A stretch of DNA of 64,000 nucleotides from Pseudomonas sp. (GTDB taxonomy: Bacteria > Pseudomonadota > Gammaproteobacteria > Pseudomonadales > Pseudomonadaceae): NCBI RefSeq assembly GCF_030603065.1, contig NZ_JAUVYN010000002.1, one strand, 5' to 3'. The position numbers were made by a program, and so were the translations under genes. The notes under the pieces are model-generated. The model had not been told where the DNA came from. It searched no databases and saw only the letters and a list, made by a program, of their open reading frames with translations. Of this stretch, positions 1 through 9,477 are shown in pieces. Numbering within the stretch: position 1 is the first letter of the stretch; every line of letters starts with the position of its first letter.

Positions 1-388
1 TGCAGCGGGCGTGCAGGATGCGACCCAGATCCATACCCATATGTGCTACAGCGAGTTCAACGACATACTCCATGCGATTGCCGATATGGATGCGGATGTC
101 ATCACCATCGAGACGTCCCGTTCGGATATGGAACTGCTGGATGCCTTCGTCGACTTTGCCTATCCCAATGCGATCGGGCCGGGTGTATACGACATTCATT
201 CGCCACGGGTTCCGCAGGTAGCCGAGATGGTCAGACTGCTGCGCAAGGCCGCACGGGTCATCCCGCCGGAGCGGTTGTGGGTTAACCCGGACTGCGGGCT
301 GAAGACCCGCGGCTGGCCGGAAACCCTCGCTGCACTGCGCGCGATGGTCGATGCCGCTCACCAGTTGCGTCAGTCCGAAGCGGCCTGA
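1..388 (+). CDS. metE: Cobalamin-independent methionine synthase (5-methyltetrahydropteroyltriglutamate-homocysteine methyltransferase), C-terminal fragment; 5' end is outside the window
   Basis: The frame is open from the window edge. The translation [13 protein letters not shown]...[13 protein letters not shown]...[13 protein letters not shown]...[13 protein letters not shown] matches the conserved MetE C-terminal Zn/homocysteine-site motifs. Confidence 0.9.
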   Translation, partial: AAGVQDATQIHTHMCYSEFNDILHAIADMDADVITIETSRSDMELLDAFVDFAYPNAIGPGVYDIHSPRVPQVAEMVRLLRKAARVIPPERLWVNPDCGLKTRGWPETLAALRAMVDAAHQLRQSEAA

Positions 389-471
389 TTCGCTTGCGCC
401 TTGCGCAATTGCTTCAACAGCTCCTGCGCAGGCTGTACAGTAGCCACCCTTTGGATCTACTGGAAATTGCC

Positions 472-1557
472 ATGCAGGAATTGTTGTTGCACTGTCGCCC
501 CGGTTTCGAGGGCGAGGCGGCTGCCGAGCTGCAGGAGCTCGCCGCCGCCCAGGGCGTCGCCGGCTACGCGGTCACCCGTGAAGGCACGGCGCTGGTACGC
601 TTCGTCTGCCCGGAAGAGGGCGAGGCTCAGCTGCTGATGCGCCGGCTGGATTTCCAGTCCCTGATCTTCGTTCGGCAATGGGCCCTGGGTTCCTGGCTGG
701 ACGTGCCCGCCGAGGACCGTATCACCCCCATCATCACCGCCTGTGCGCAGGGGCCGCTGGCTTCCACGCTGTGGCTCGAAACCGCTGACACCAACGACGG
801 CAAGGCCATGGCGGCGCTGACCAAGAAGCTTGGTCGTCCGCTGGAAAGCGTGTTGCTGAAGACGCGATTTCTGCGACCGAACAAGGCCGACGCTCCGCGC
901 CTGCACATCTGCTTCGAGTCGGGCGAGCGCATCTTCGTTGGCTGGTCCTGGGCCAACAATGCCGCGCCCTGGCCGATGGGGATTCCGCGCCTGAAGGTGC
1001 CCCGGGAAGCACCGAGCCGCTCCACGCTCAAGCTGGAAGAGGCCTGGCACCATTTCATTCCGCGAGACCAGTGGGATCGGCGTCTGGCGCCTGGCATGCA
1101 GGCGGTCGATCTGGGTGCCGCGCCGGGTGGCTGGACCTGGCAGATGGTCAATCGTCACATGAAGGTCATCGCCGTGGACAACGGGCCGATGAACCGGGCG
1201 CTGATGGATAGCGGACAGGTCGAGCACGTCGAAGCGGATGGCTATCTGTTCAAGCCCCGTGCGCCGGTGCAGTGGATGGTCTGCGACATCGTCGACAAGC
1301 CGGCCCGTTCCAGCGCGCTGCTGGCACGCTGGATCAGCCGTGGCTGGTGCCGTGAGGCGATCGTGAACTTCAAGTTGCCGATGAAGCGACGCTACTACGA
1401 AGTGCTGCAGTGCATGGAGCACGTGCAGGAGGCTATGGATGAAGCCGGCATTCGCGGCACGATCGCCTGCAAGCAGCTGTATTCCGACCGGGAAGAGGTG
1501 ACCTGCCACGTCAGGGTGTTGCAGGCGGGGAGTTACAAGGTGCAGCCGGACCATTGA
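472..1557 (+). CDS. rlmM: 23S rRNA (cytidine2498-2'-O)-methyltransferase RlmM
   Basis: The N-terminus MQELLLHCRPGFEGEAAAEL is a THUMP-like RlmM N-terminus. The SAM motif is AVDLGAAPGGWT. At 361 aa the length is similar to E. coli RlmM. The ATG at 472 is preferred over the upstream extension of the ORF track. Confidence 0.85.
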   Translation: MQELLLHCRPGFEGEAAAELQELAAAQGVAGYAVTREGTALVRFVCPEEGEAQLLMRRLDFQSLIFVRQWALGSWLDVPAEDRITPIITACAQGPLASTLWLETADTNDGKAMAALTKKLGRPLESVLLKTRFLRPNKADAPRLHICFESGERIFVGWSWANNAAPWPMGIPRLKVPREAPSRSTLKLEEAWHHFIPRDQWDRRLAPGMQAVDLGAAPGGWTWQMVNRHMKVIAVDNGPMNRALMDSGQVEHVEADGYLFKPRAPVQWMVCDIVDKPARSSALLARWISRGWCREAIVNFKLPMKRRYYEVLQCMEHVQEAMDEAGIRGTIACKQLYSDREEVTCHVRVLQAGSYKVQPDH

Positions 1558-1578
1558 GTCCGGCTGGTACTGCCTGTT

Positions 1579-1863
1579 TCAGAGCGGCTCGAGCAGGGTG
1601 ATGCGCTCTTCTTCCATCAACATCGGGGCGAAGGCGCTGATGCTGTCGATACGGGCCTGGGACTGCTCCCAGCGCTCCCATGAATAACGGTTCTGCCAGG
1701 TCACCATCACGATGCGATGGTTTGGGCGCTCCAGGTCGCGGAACGACTCGCCGGAGATGAAGCCGGGGGACTGTATGGCCTGCTGGATGACCTTGCGCGC
1801 AGCCTCTTCGTAGGGCTGTTCGAGTCCTTCGGCTATGACACGCTCAATCAATACCTTGATCAT
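1579..1863 (-). CDS. Small ABM (antibiotic biosynthesis monooxygenase-like) domain protein
   Basis: 94 aa with a ferredoxin-like ABM pattern (IKVLIERV...GFISGESF...VMVTWQNRYSWERW). The function is not inferable. Confidence 0.55.
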   Translation of the reverse strand: MIKVLIERVIAEGLEQPYEEAARKVIQQAIQSPGFISGESFRDLERPNHRIVMVTWQNRYSWERWEQSQARIDSISAFAPMLMEEERITLLEPL

Positions 1864-1971
1864 GAAGTTTCCTTGGTGATGGAGATACGCCTAGTGTCAA
1901 CCTTGCTCGATTGGCTGGCAAGTGAGCGACGTTTTGCGGATAATTTCCGCTCGTCCTGAGACGCATCACAC

Positions 1972-2208
1972 GTGTTGGAGTCACGCCTTTTGAAACAGCT
2001 CGATACCAAAGGACTGCTTTGCCCGGAGCCGGTCATGATGCTGCACAATGCGGTCCGCGACATGGCGCCTGGCGAGCTGCTGGAAGTGTTTGCCACCGAT
2101 CCCTCGACGCGGCGGGACATCCCCAGGTTCTGCACCTTTCTCGACCATGAACTGGTCGAGCAGTCAGAGCAGGACGGAACTTTCCGTTACCTCATCCGCA
2201 AGGCCTGA
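1972..2208 (+). CDS. tusA: Sulfurtransferase TusA
   Basis: 78 aa. It has the catalytic motif [10 protein letters not shown] and the C-terminal FRYLIRKA, both typical of TusA. The start is GTG. Confidence 0.85.
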   Translation: MLESRLLKQLDTKGLLCPEPVMMLHNAVRDMAPGELLEVFATDPSTRRDIPRFCTFLDHELVEQSEQDGTFRYLIRKA

Positions 2209-3284
2209 GCATTCTCGGGCTGCGCCTGCCAACCCTCCTGACCCGGTCCCTGCTGGCAGGCTCCGAGCACCTCCTGCCAGGCCTGAGTGTGGCGTGCCAG
2301 ACCGCGTTGGTAGCGGTTCCACAGGCTGTCATCGGCGGTCACCAGGCTGGCCAGGTACTCGGCCGTGGGCTCCGGTGCGCCGGGTACCTGCGAGAGTGCC
2401 GCAAGGCTGCTTTGCCATGGTGTACCCAGCCGCTGGGTCTGGGCCAGAATCGGTTGTAGTTCCCCGGCGTAGAAGGTGGTGAACACGTTCATCAAAATGC
2501 GCGACCGCTCGGTCGGAGCACCCAACGGACAAAGGTGGTTTGGCGGCCGCGCTTCGAGCATCGCGGCGGCCTGCTCCAGGGTGTGGGTCAGGCGGGACAG
2601 GGTATGAATCAACTGACTGCTGCGGTCACTGCGTTGCAATGCCTGCAGTAGTGGCTCGATCTGTTCGCGGCCGGGTGGCAGTTCATCCGGAAGGGCAGCG
2701 CCGATGCCGGCAAGTACCTGCAATGCGGCGAGCGCTTCGTGATCGGTCACTGGCGTCGCCGTTACCGGCAATGGTCGGTCTGCAAAGCGCAGGTAGCTCT
2801 CGAACTCCCCGCTGCCATTGAGAGCGTTCCAGAAGGCGGCTGGCAGGTTGTCCCGCTTGATCTGCATGATCTCGCTGAGCTGCTTGCGCAGACCAGCCCG
2901 GCTATCGTCGCCTTCGATCACCTGCAGACAGGCTTCGATGGCGCGCAGCAGATCCCCCTCATAGGCCAGCAGGTGGCTTGCCGGCATCAATCGCCCGAGG
3001 CTGCTGTTGCGTTCGCTGACGACCTGCTGAAGGGTCTGGCAGCGGCGCGACTCCACCACCAGATCGAGCAGCCCGATACGGATTTCCGGCACCTCGAGCA
3101 TGCGCTCCCTACGAGGCGGAAGGCGATAGTCGCTGAGCGAGTCGCTCTGCCACGGCTCCCAGGATTGGCCCAGTACGCGACCGACTCGTTCGAGGTAGTT
3201 GTCCATCTGCCGGCTGGCTTCGGGTTGTGGCTGGCAGGCCGTTACCCCGAGCAGCGCCACCAGCAGCATTGCCATGCGTAACAT
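2187..3284 (-). CDS. Conserved lipoprotein of unknown function (DUF3080-like)
   Basis: The signal peptide plus lipobox is [12 protein letters not shown]. 365 aa. The family name comes from memory of pseudomonad annotations. The 3' end overlaps tusA convergently by 22 nt. Confidence 0.5.
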   Translation of the reverse strand: MLRMAMLLVALLGVTACQPQPEASRQMDNYLERVGRVLGQSWEPWQSDSLSDYRLPPRRERMLEVPEIRIGLLDLVVESRRCQTLQQVVSERNSSLGRLMPASHLLAYEGDLLRAIEACLQVIEGDDSRAGLRKQLSEIMQIKRDNLPAAFWNALNGSGEFESYLRFADRPLPVTATPVTDHEALAALQVLAGIGAALPDELPPGREQIEPLLQALQRSDRSSQLIHTLSRLTHTLEQAAAMLEARPPNHLCPLGAPTERSRILMNVFTTFYAGELQPILAQTQRLGTPWQSSLAALSQVPGAPEPTAEYLASLVTADDSLWNRYQRGLARHTQAWQEVLGACQQGPGQEGWQAQPENAQALRMR

Positions 3285-3339
3285 TCACCGGCCCTCAACC
3301 TGAGTGGAGCGCCCAGTATCGCATGGGCCGCGGCGGGCT

Positions 3340-4734
3340 TCACGCGCGGACAAGGCGCTCCTGACGCTTGCGCCGCCCGCCTATTACCGCTAGCCGGATC
3401 GACAGGAAAAGCGCCGCCGCGGTCAGCCCGATGATCAGTCCCTGCCAGAAGCCGGCTGGGCCCTGGGCCGGGCCGAAGGTATCGGTCAGGCCGAGCAGAT
3501 AGCCGCTCGGCAGGCCGATCACCCAGTAGGCTATCAGCGTCAGCAGCATCGGCAATCGGGTGTCCTGGTAGCCGCGCAGTGCTCCGGCACAGGCCACCTG
3601 CACCGCGTCCGAAAACTGATACAGCGCCGCGTAGAAGAACAGGCTGGACGCCAGGGCGATGACAGCCGGCTCATTGGTGTACAGGCGCGGAATCCAGTCA
3701 GCCAGGCCGAGCATCAGCGTCGCGGCCACGAACGCGTAGAGGAAGGCCACCACCAGCCCCACCTTGGCCGCGAAAAGCCCGGCGCGAGCGCCGTTAAGCC
3801 CAAGGTTGTGGCCAACGCGCACGGTAATCGCCAGGCCCAGACTGAAGGGCACCATGAAGGTCAGTGACGAGAAATTCAGCGCCACCTGATGACTCGCGAC
3901 CACCACCGCGCCGAGCCCTCCAATGAGCAGGGCGATGACGCAGAACATGCTGGTTTCGGCAAACAGCGCCACCCCGATAGGCAGCCCGAGGCCGAGGAGG
4001 TGGCGCATGGTCGCCCAGTTCGGCCAGTCGAAGCGTTCGAACAGTCCGGTCGCTGCATAGCGCTTTTCGCGCTTGAGGTACACCAGCATGCAGCCGAGCA
4101 TGAAATACATGACGATGGCAGTGGCCACGCCGCAGCCGACCGCGCCCAGCGCCGGCATACCGAGCTTGCCGTAGACGAAGATGTAGTTGAAGGGCACGTT
4201 CACTGCGAGCCCCATGAAGCCGATCAGCATGGTCGGTTTGGTCTGCGACATCCCATCGCTCAGGCCCCGCAGTGCCTGGTAGAGTGCCACGGCCGGAAAC
4301 CCCACCGCGACGGCGCGCAGATACCCCATGGTTGGCGCGATCAGTTCGGGCTGCACCGCCATCCAGTGCAGGATGGGCTCCACCGAGGCGAGAAAACCGC
4401 CGCAGACCAGTCCGAGCAACAGCCCCAGCCATACGCCCTGGCGCACCAGCGCCCCGGTTGCGCCCAGCTTCCCGGCGCCGCTCGCTGCGGCCACCTTGGA
4501 TGTGATGATCATCAGCACGCCGGTGAGAAACAGATAGGTCGGCACCCAGAAGGCATTGCCCAGCGCAACTGCGGCCAGCGCTTCGGCGCTGACTCGTCCC
4601 GCCATGGCGGTGTCGACGAAGCCGAGCAGGGTATGCGCCATCTGCGCCGCTATGATGGGCAGTGCGAGCCAGATCAGGCCGCGCAGTTCTGTTACACTGC
4701 GGCGCCGTCGGGTGCGGGTTTGCGGGGCTGTCAT
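3340..4734 (-). CDS. MATE family multidrug efflux transporter (NorM-like)
   Basis: About 12 hydrophobic segments. The N-terminus LRGLIWLALPIIAAQMAHTLLGFVDTAMAGRVS is typical of MATE transporters. The ATG at 4734 (MTAPQT...) gives 464 aa. The upstream extension looks non-coding. Confidence 0.85.
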   Translation of the reverse strand: MTAPQTRTRRRRSVTELRGLIWLALPIIAAQMAHTLLGFVDTAMAGRVSAEALAAVALGNAFWVPTYLFLTGVLMIITSKVAAASGAGKLGATGALVRQGVWLGLLLGLVCGGFLASVEPILHWMAVQPELIAPTMGYLRAVAVGFPAVALYQALRGLSDGMSQTKPTMLIGFMGLAVNVPFNYIFVYGKLGMPALGAVGCGVATAIVMYFMLGCMLVYLKREKRYAATGLFERFDWPNWATMRHLLGLGLPIGVALFAETSMFCVIALLIGGLGAVVVASHQVALNFSSLTFMVPFSLGLAITVRVGHNLGLNGARAGLFAAKVGLVVAFLYAFVAATLMLGLADWIPRLYTNEPAVIALASSLFFYAALYQFSDAVQVACAGALRGYQDTRLPMLLTLIAYWVIGLPSGYLLGLTDTFGPAQGPAGFWQGLIIGLTAAALFLSIRLAVIGGRRKRQERLVRA

Positions 4735-4798
4735 AGGAATGGTGGTCTGCACAAAAGCGCACCATCCTAACAACTTGCCCGGTATTGTCCACCTGTCC

Positions 4799-5335
4799 AT
4801 GAAACACGATTGCCAGGATCTGGTCCGGCTGTTCGCCGACTGCTTTGCCGATTCGCACAACACCCGGCTGATAGCCGGCGCCGCCGAGCCTGAATACTTG
4901 CCCGCAGGGCCGGGCGAGCCCATGCACCGGATCCTGTTCACTCGCGATTACTTTCGCAGCGCGTTGCATGAGATTGCGCACTGGTGTGTCGCTGGTGAAG
5001 CGCGTCGGCAGCTGCCGGATTTTGGCTACTGGTATGCCCCGGATGGACGCAGCGCTGCCCAGCAGCATGCGTTCGAAGCGGTGGAAATCAAGCCCCAGGC
5101 GCTCGAATGGCTATTCTGTGAAGCTGCGGGACACCCGTTCCGGGTAAGCCTGGACAATCTCAGTGGCGAGCCAACCGATGCGCTACCGTTCAAGCAGAAT
5201 GTGGTGGAGCAGGCTCGGCGGTATCTGGTTGAAGGCATCCCGGCCCGGCCTGCACGGTTCGTACAGGCACTACTCGATTACTACCGGCCCGGCCAGTCCC
5301 TTGCCGCCGATGAATTCAGCCTGGAGCGGCTTTGA
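4799..5335 (+). CDS. epmC: Elongation factor P hydroxylase (EpmC/YfcM family)
   Basis: 178 aa. The motifs LFADCFADSHNTRLIAG, EPEYLP, ALHEIAHWCVAGE and FGYWYAPDGR are characteristic of YfcM. The internal ATG at 4799 was chosen. Confidence 0.75.
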   Translation: MKHDCQDLVRLFADCFADSHNTRLIAGAAEPEYLPAGPGEPMHRILFTRDYFRSALHEIAHWCVAGEARRQLPDFGYWYAPDGRSAAQQHAFEAVEIKPQALEWLFCEAAGHPFRVSLDNLSGEPTDALPFKQNVVEQARRYLVEGIPARPARFVQALLDYYRPGQSLAADEFSLERL

Positions 5336-5360
5336 GCCGGTCACCAGCACGAGGCAAATC

Positions 5361-6509
5361 ATGCGCATCATCGCTGACGAGAATATCCCGCTCATCGACG
5401 CTTTCTTCTCCGACTTTGGCGACGTCGTGCGCCTGCCGGGCCGCACCATTGCCCGGGAGCATGTGCTGGATGCGGACGCACTGATCCTGCGGTCGGTGAC
5501 CCGTGTCGATGCGGCCGTGCTCGCCGGTACCCCGGTCCGCTTCGTGGGAACCTGCACCATAGGCACCGATCACCTCGATCTGGCGGGCCTGAACGCCGCC
5601 GGTATCGATGTGGCCAGCGCACCGGGCTGCAACGCGCGCGGTGTAGTCGAGTACGTTCTGAGCTGTATGTTGAGCTTCAGCGAGATGACCGGCAAACCGT
5701 GGCGCCAGCAGATTGTCGGCATTGTCGGCGTCGGGCAGGTGGGCGGACGTCTTGCCGCTACTCTGGCTGCCCTGGGCGTACAGACGCTGCTCTGCGATCC
5801 GCCGCGGGCCGCGAGGGGTGAGTCGGGGTTCGTCAGCCTGGACGCGCTGCTCGAGCAGGCTGATGTGATCAGTCTGCATGTGCCGCTCGAACGCACCGGG
5901 CTCCATCCCACCAGGCATCTGCTCGATGCGAATCGTCTGTCGCAGCTGCGGCCAGGCGCCTGGCTGATCAACAGCAGCCGTGGTCCCGTGGTGGACAATG
6001 TGGCGCTACGCGAGCTACTGCTCGAGAGGGATGATCTACAGGTGGCTCTGGACGTCTGGGAGGGCGAGCCGGAGGTCGATCTGGTACTTGCCCGCCTGTG
6101 CCGGCTGGCGACGCCGCATATTGCCGGTTACAGCCTGGACGGCAAGCTGCGCGGTACCGAACAGATCTACCAGGCATTCAGCTGCCATGTTGGACGGCCG
6201 GCCCGATTGAAACTGGAGCAGCTGGCGCCCCTGCAGGGTCGCATGGAATGGTTGGCCGAGGCTGGCGCTCCGGCCGACTGGCTGCTCTGCCGGGCCCTGC
6301 GCTATGTTTATGACGTGCGGGATGACGATGCACGGTTTCGCGCAATGCTCGCCCAGGCGGGCAGCGTGGCGGACGTGCGTCAGGGTTTTGATCGGTTGCG
6401 CCGGGACTACCCGCTGAGGCGGGAGTGCGATTCGCTGAAGATCAGCGTGCGGCAGGGAATGGAGGCGCCGACCAGAGCATTGCTGCGGGGCGCCGGGCTG
6501 GACTGCTAG
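5361..6509 (+). CDS. pdxB: Erythronate-4-phosphate dehydrogenase
   Basis: The N-terminus is MRIIADENIPLIDAFF. The NAD-binding motif is GIVGVGQVGGRL. The catalytic region is ATPHIAGYSLDGK. 382 aa. Confidence 0.9.
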   Translation: MRIIADENIPLIDAFFSDFGDVVRLPGRTIAREHVLDADALILRSVTRVDAAVLAGTPVRFVGTCTIGTDHLDLAGLNAAGIDVASAPGCNARGVVEYVLSCMLSFSEMTGKPWRQQIVGIVGVGQVGGRLAATLAALGVQTLLCDPPRAARGESGFVSLDALLEQADVISLHVPLERTGLHPTRHLLDANRLSQLRPGAWLINSSRGPVVDNVALRELLLERDDLQVALDVWEGEPEVDLVLARLCRLATPHIAGYSLDGKLRGTEQIYQAFSCHVGRPARLKLEQLAPLQGRMEWLAEAGAPADWLLCRALRYVYDVRDDDARFRAMLAQAGSVADVRQGFDRLRRDYPLRRECDSLKISVRQGMEAPTRALLRGAGLDC

Positions 6510-6730
6510 CGTGCGGCGGAAACCCGGCTGCGCGCTGGACGCCATTGTCGCTCGAGATCGGCGCAGGCTTGCTGGATCATTTGCTCGGTGATGGCGATTT
6601 CCTGACCGTTTTCATCGATCAGAAAACCTGCGGTTTCGAAATTCGAGTCGAAGCTATGATGGGTGGTGTCACGCTGTTGCCGCGAGTAGGCTGGACTCAC
6701 TGTTTGTCTCCCATGTTGTTCGCCGTGCAT
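6506..6730 (-). CDS. Small hypothetical protein (74 aa)
   Basis: This is only the C-terminal part of the 241-aa ORF-track entry that looks protein-like (FETAGFLIDENGQEIAITEQMIQQACADLERQW). There is no clear RBS and the start is uncertain (6730 or 6763). Its stop overlaps the pdxB stop in a CTAG palindrome. Confidence 0.35.
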   Translation of the reverse strand: MHGEQHGRQTVSPAYSRQQRDTTHHSFDSNFETAGFLIDENGQEIAITEQMIQQACADLERQWRPARSRVSAAR

Positions 6731-6806
6731 TGAGCCGGCTGGCCCGAGCGCAGAATATGGCATCACGGTGTCGTTTTTATGACCGCGAAGCGTGCAGGAA
6801 TATCCC

Positions 6807-7949
6807 ATGACGCATCTTTTTAGAATTGGCCTTGTTATCAACCCGTTGGCGGGCCTGGGCGGACAGGCCGCCCTGAAGGGTTCCGATGGGGTGGCCGAGG
6901 CCGCTCTTGCGCTGGGCGTGGAGCCGCGTGCCCAGGAGCGTGTGCGCCAGGCGCTGGAAGTGCTGCGCCCCTTGAGTGATCGGCTGTTTTTTCTGGCTGC
7001 TCCCGGGCCGATGGGCGCGGCTCTGCTGGACGACATGGGCTTTGCCCACCAAGTGGTCGGTGAGCTTGCCAGCGAGCGCACCACCGCGCAGGACACCCAG
7101 CGTCTTGGTCGGCTGCTGGTAGAGCGGGGTGTCGATCTGCTGCTTTTCGCCGGTGGAGATGGCACGGCACGGGACCTTTGCGACAGCCTGCCCACCGGGC
7201 AGCTGGTGCTGGGCATCCCGGCCGGCGTCAAGATTCATTCCGGTGTCTATGCCGTCAACCCCAGGGCTGCCGGGGAACTGGTCAGCCTGCTGGTGCAGGG
7301 TGATCTGGTACGTCTGGGCGATGCTGAAGTGCGTGATATCGACGAAGACGCGTTTCGCCAGGGGCAGGTACGAACCCGGCATTATGGCGAGCTGGCCGTG
7401 CCGGTTGAGGGGCGCTTCGTGCAGCAGGTCAAGCAGGGCGGCCGGGAAGTCGAAACCCTGGTGCTGGATGATATTGCCGGATGGCTTCAGGAGGAGCAGG
7501 ACGAGGGCTGGATACTGGGTCCCGGTTCCACTACCCAGGGGCTATTGCAGGCAATGGGGCTGGAAGGCACCCTGCTGGGAGTGGACGTACTCAGGCACGG
7601 CAGGCTGATACTGCGTGATGCGACCGAACGCCAGCTCTGGGATCTGTTGGCAGAAGGCGATAGTTGGCGAATCCTGGTGACGGCGATCGGTGGCCAGGGC
7701 CACATACTGGGTCGGGGCAATCAGCAACTATCGCCGCGGGTGATCCGTGCAGTGGGGCTCGACAATCTATATGTCGTGGCGACCAAGTCCAAGTTACGCA
7801 CCCTGGAAGGGCGGCCGTTTCTGGTCGATACCGGCGATGCCGAGCTTGACCAGGCACTCACCGGTTTGCGAAGGGTGCTGAGTGGGTATCGTGAGGAAAT
7901 GCTCTATCCCGTCAGCTGGAAGGCCGAAGCGGACTCAAGTGAACGGTAA
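6807..7949 (+). CDS. ATP-NAD kinase family protein
   Basis: The pattern IGLVINPLAGLGG...GGDGTARD...GIPAGVKIHSGV is a diacylglycerol/NAD kinase-like fold. 380 aa. Confidence 0.7.
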   Translation: MTHLFRIGLVINPLAGLGGQAALKGSDGVAEAALALGVEPRAQERVRQALEVLRPLSDRLFFLAAPGPMGAALLDDMGFAHQVVGELASERTTAQDTQRLGRLLVERGVDLLLFAGGDGTARDLCDSLPTGQLVLGIPAGVKIHSGVYAVNPRAAGELVSLLVQGDLVRLGDAEVRDIDEDAFRQGQVRTRHYGELAVPVEGRFVQQVKQGGREVETLVLDDIAGWLQEEQDEGWILGPGSTTQGLLQAMGLEGTLLGVDVLRHGRLILRDATERQLWDLLAEGDSWRILVTAIGGQGHILGRGNQQLSPRVIRAVGLDNLYVVATKSKLRTLEGRPFLVDTGDAELDQALTGLRRVLSGYREEMLYPVSWKAEADSSER

Positions 7950-7955
7950 CACATG

Positions 7956-7983
7956 AAAAAGGCGGCCCGAGAGCCGCCTTTTT
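7956..7983. terminator. Bidirectional intrinsic terminator between the NAD-kinase-like gene and htpX
   Basis: The sequence is AAAAA-GGCGGC-ccgaga-GCCGCC-TTTTT, with an A-run and a T-run flanking a GC stem. Confidence 0.7.
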
Positions 7984-7995
7984 CGTTTCGCCCGA

Positions 7996-8886
7996 TCAGC
8001 GATAGTTGCCGTTGCGCAGTGCTGCGATACGCTGCTCCAGCGGCGGGTGGGTCATCAGCAGGCCAGCCAGGCCATTCTTCAGATTGCCATTGATGCCAAA
8101 GGCGGTCATTTCGCCGGGCATCTCGACCGGGATACCCTGCTCGGCGCGCAGCCGTTCCAGCGCAGCGATCATCGCACCGGCACCGACCAGTTGAGCGCTC
8201 GCCGCATCGGCGCGGAACTCGCGCTGACGCGAGAACCACATGACGATGATGCTGGCCAGAATACCCAGGACCAGTTCGGCGAAGATGGTGGCGACGAAAT
8301 AGCCGATACCGGGGCCGCTGCTTTCGTTCTTGAACACGGCGCGATCGACGAAATTGCCGATGATCCGCGCAAAGAACATGACGAAGGTGTTCACCACACC
8401 CTGAATCAGGGTCAGGGTGACCATGTCGCCATTGGCCACGTGGCCAACTTCATGCGCCATGACTGCCTTGATTTCGGCGGGACTGAAACGCTCCAGCATA
8501 CCCTCGGAGACGGCAACCAGCGCGTTGTTCTTGTTCCAGCCCGTCGCGAAGGCGTTCGGTGCACGGGAGGGGAAGATCCCCACCTCGGGCATACCGATAC
8601 CGGCACGCTTGGCCAGATCGGCGACCGTTTCCATCAGCCACTGCTCCTGGCGGTTGCGCGGCTGGTCGATGATGCGCGTCCGGGTGCCGCGCTTGGCCAG
8701 CCATTTGGACATGAACAGTGAGATGAAGGAGCCGGCAAAGCCAATGATTGCACAGAAGATCAACAGGCCCTGAAGGTTCATGCCCCCCTGGCCATCATGG
8801 ATGCCCAGCCCCAACAGACTGAGCGTGATACTGGCCACCAGCACGATTGCCAGGTTGGTGGCCAGAAAAAGCAAAATGCGCATCAT
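7996..8886 (-). CDS. htpX: Zinc metalloprotease HtpX
   Basis: The N-terminus is [17 protein letters not shown]. The zinc motif HEVGHV lies within [13 protein letters not shown]. 296 aa with four TM segments. Confidence 0.92.
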   Translation of the reverse strand: MMRILLFLATNLAIVLVASITLSLLGLGIHDGQGGMNLQGLLIFCAIIGFAGSFISLFMSKWLAKRGTRTRIIDQPRNRQEQWLMETVADLAKRAGIGMPEVGIFPSRAPNAFATGWNKNNALVAVSEGMLERFSPAEIKAVMAHEVGHVANGDMVTLTLIQGVVNTFVMFFARIIGNFVDRAVFKNESSGPGIGYFVATIFAELVLGILASIIVMWFSRQREFRADAASAQLVGAGAMIAALERLRAEQGIPVEMPGEMTAFGINGNLKNGLAGLLMTHPPLEQRIAALRNGNYR

Positions 8887-8969
8887 GGGGTCATAGCTCC
8901 AAAAATTTGATATTAAGGCCGGCTCATGCGCAAAGGGTCTGGGCGCATGAGTCCGATATTGCTGGTGGG

Positions 8970-8998
8970 TATATTGGGTTATTCCGGGCGGCTTTCAA
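8970..8998 (-). promoter_or_regulatory. Candidate sigma32 (RpoH)-type promoter for htpX
   Basis: The minus strand reads gaTTGAAA-gccgcccggaataa(14 nt)-CCCAATATA. The E. coli sigma32 consensus is CTTGAAA-N13-15-CCCCATNT. htpX is a heat-shock gene in E. coli. Confidence 0.35.
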
Positions 8999-9024
8999 TC
9001 AGCACTCTATTTCAAATTGTAGCC

Positions 9025-9462
9025 TCAGACCCGCCGTGCTGACCGCTCGAAGCAGCGTTGAACGACCTCGGCCAGACGCACTGAAGATTCACTCGCCAGG
9101 GCGTCGCGCAACTGCTGGGCCAGTGTCGCGCGCTGGCGGCCGATCACCGGCGGCAGCGCCGGGTCGAGCAGTTCGCTACATGGGGTAGACAACATGACGA
9201 ACGCCCGTTCGGTCAGACAGCACTGGTCGATCGCTTCCTGGCGGATGGTGTCGCTGTAACGCAGAAAGCCTTCTTCGGCCATCCACAGCATGGCGCTGAA
9301 ACAGGCCTGGTGACGCGGAGAGGGAACGCCAAAGGCGTCTGGTTCCTGCGGCCCGATCAGATCCTCGACGAACAGTATGCTGGGCTTGGGAAAGCCGTTG
9401 TACAGACTGAGCAGAATTCCCGCCACGTCCCGGTAGAAATCCTCTATGTGCAGGTCCGACAC
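9025..9462 (-). CDS. Conserved hypothetical protein (145 aa)
   Basis: GTG start with AGGA upstream. It lies 15 nt downstream of the aminotransferase stop, so the two are probably co-transcribed. No recognisable motif. Confidence 0.55.
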   Translation of the reverse strand: MSDLHIEDFYRDVAGILLSLYNGFPKPSILFVEDLIGPQEPDAFGVPSPRHQACFSAMLWMAEEGFLRYSDTIRQEAIDQCCLTERAFVMLSTPCSELLDPALPPVIGRQRATLAQQLRDALASESSVRLAEVVQRCFERSARRV

Positions 9463-9477
9463 GGCTTCAGGTCCTGT

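Noticed and set aside
457-1554. A 365-aa ORF antisense to rlmM.
   Set aside because: It fully overlaps a well-supported gene on the opposite strand. The composition is Arg/Gly/Ala/Pro-rich with no motifs, which is a typical shadow ORF of high-GC DNA.
3794-5068. A 424-aa ORF on the minus strand, out of frame with the MATE transporter gene and overlapping it. There is also a 293-aa plus-strand ORF at 3889-4770.
   Set aside because: Both give low-complexity Arg/Gly/Ala-rich translations inside a clear 12-TM transporter gene. There is no RBS or motif support.
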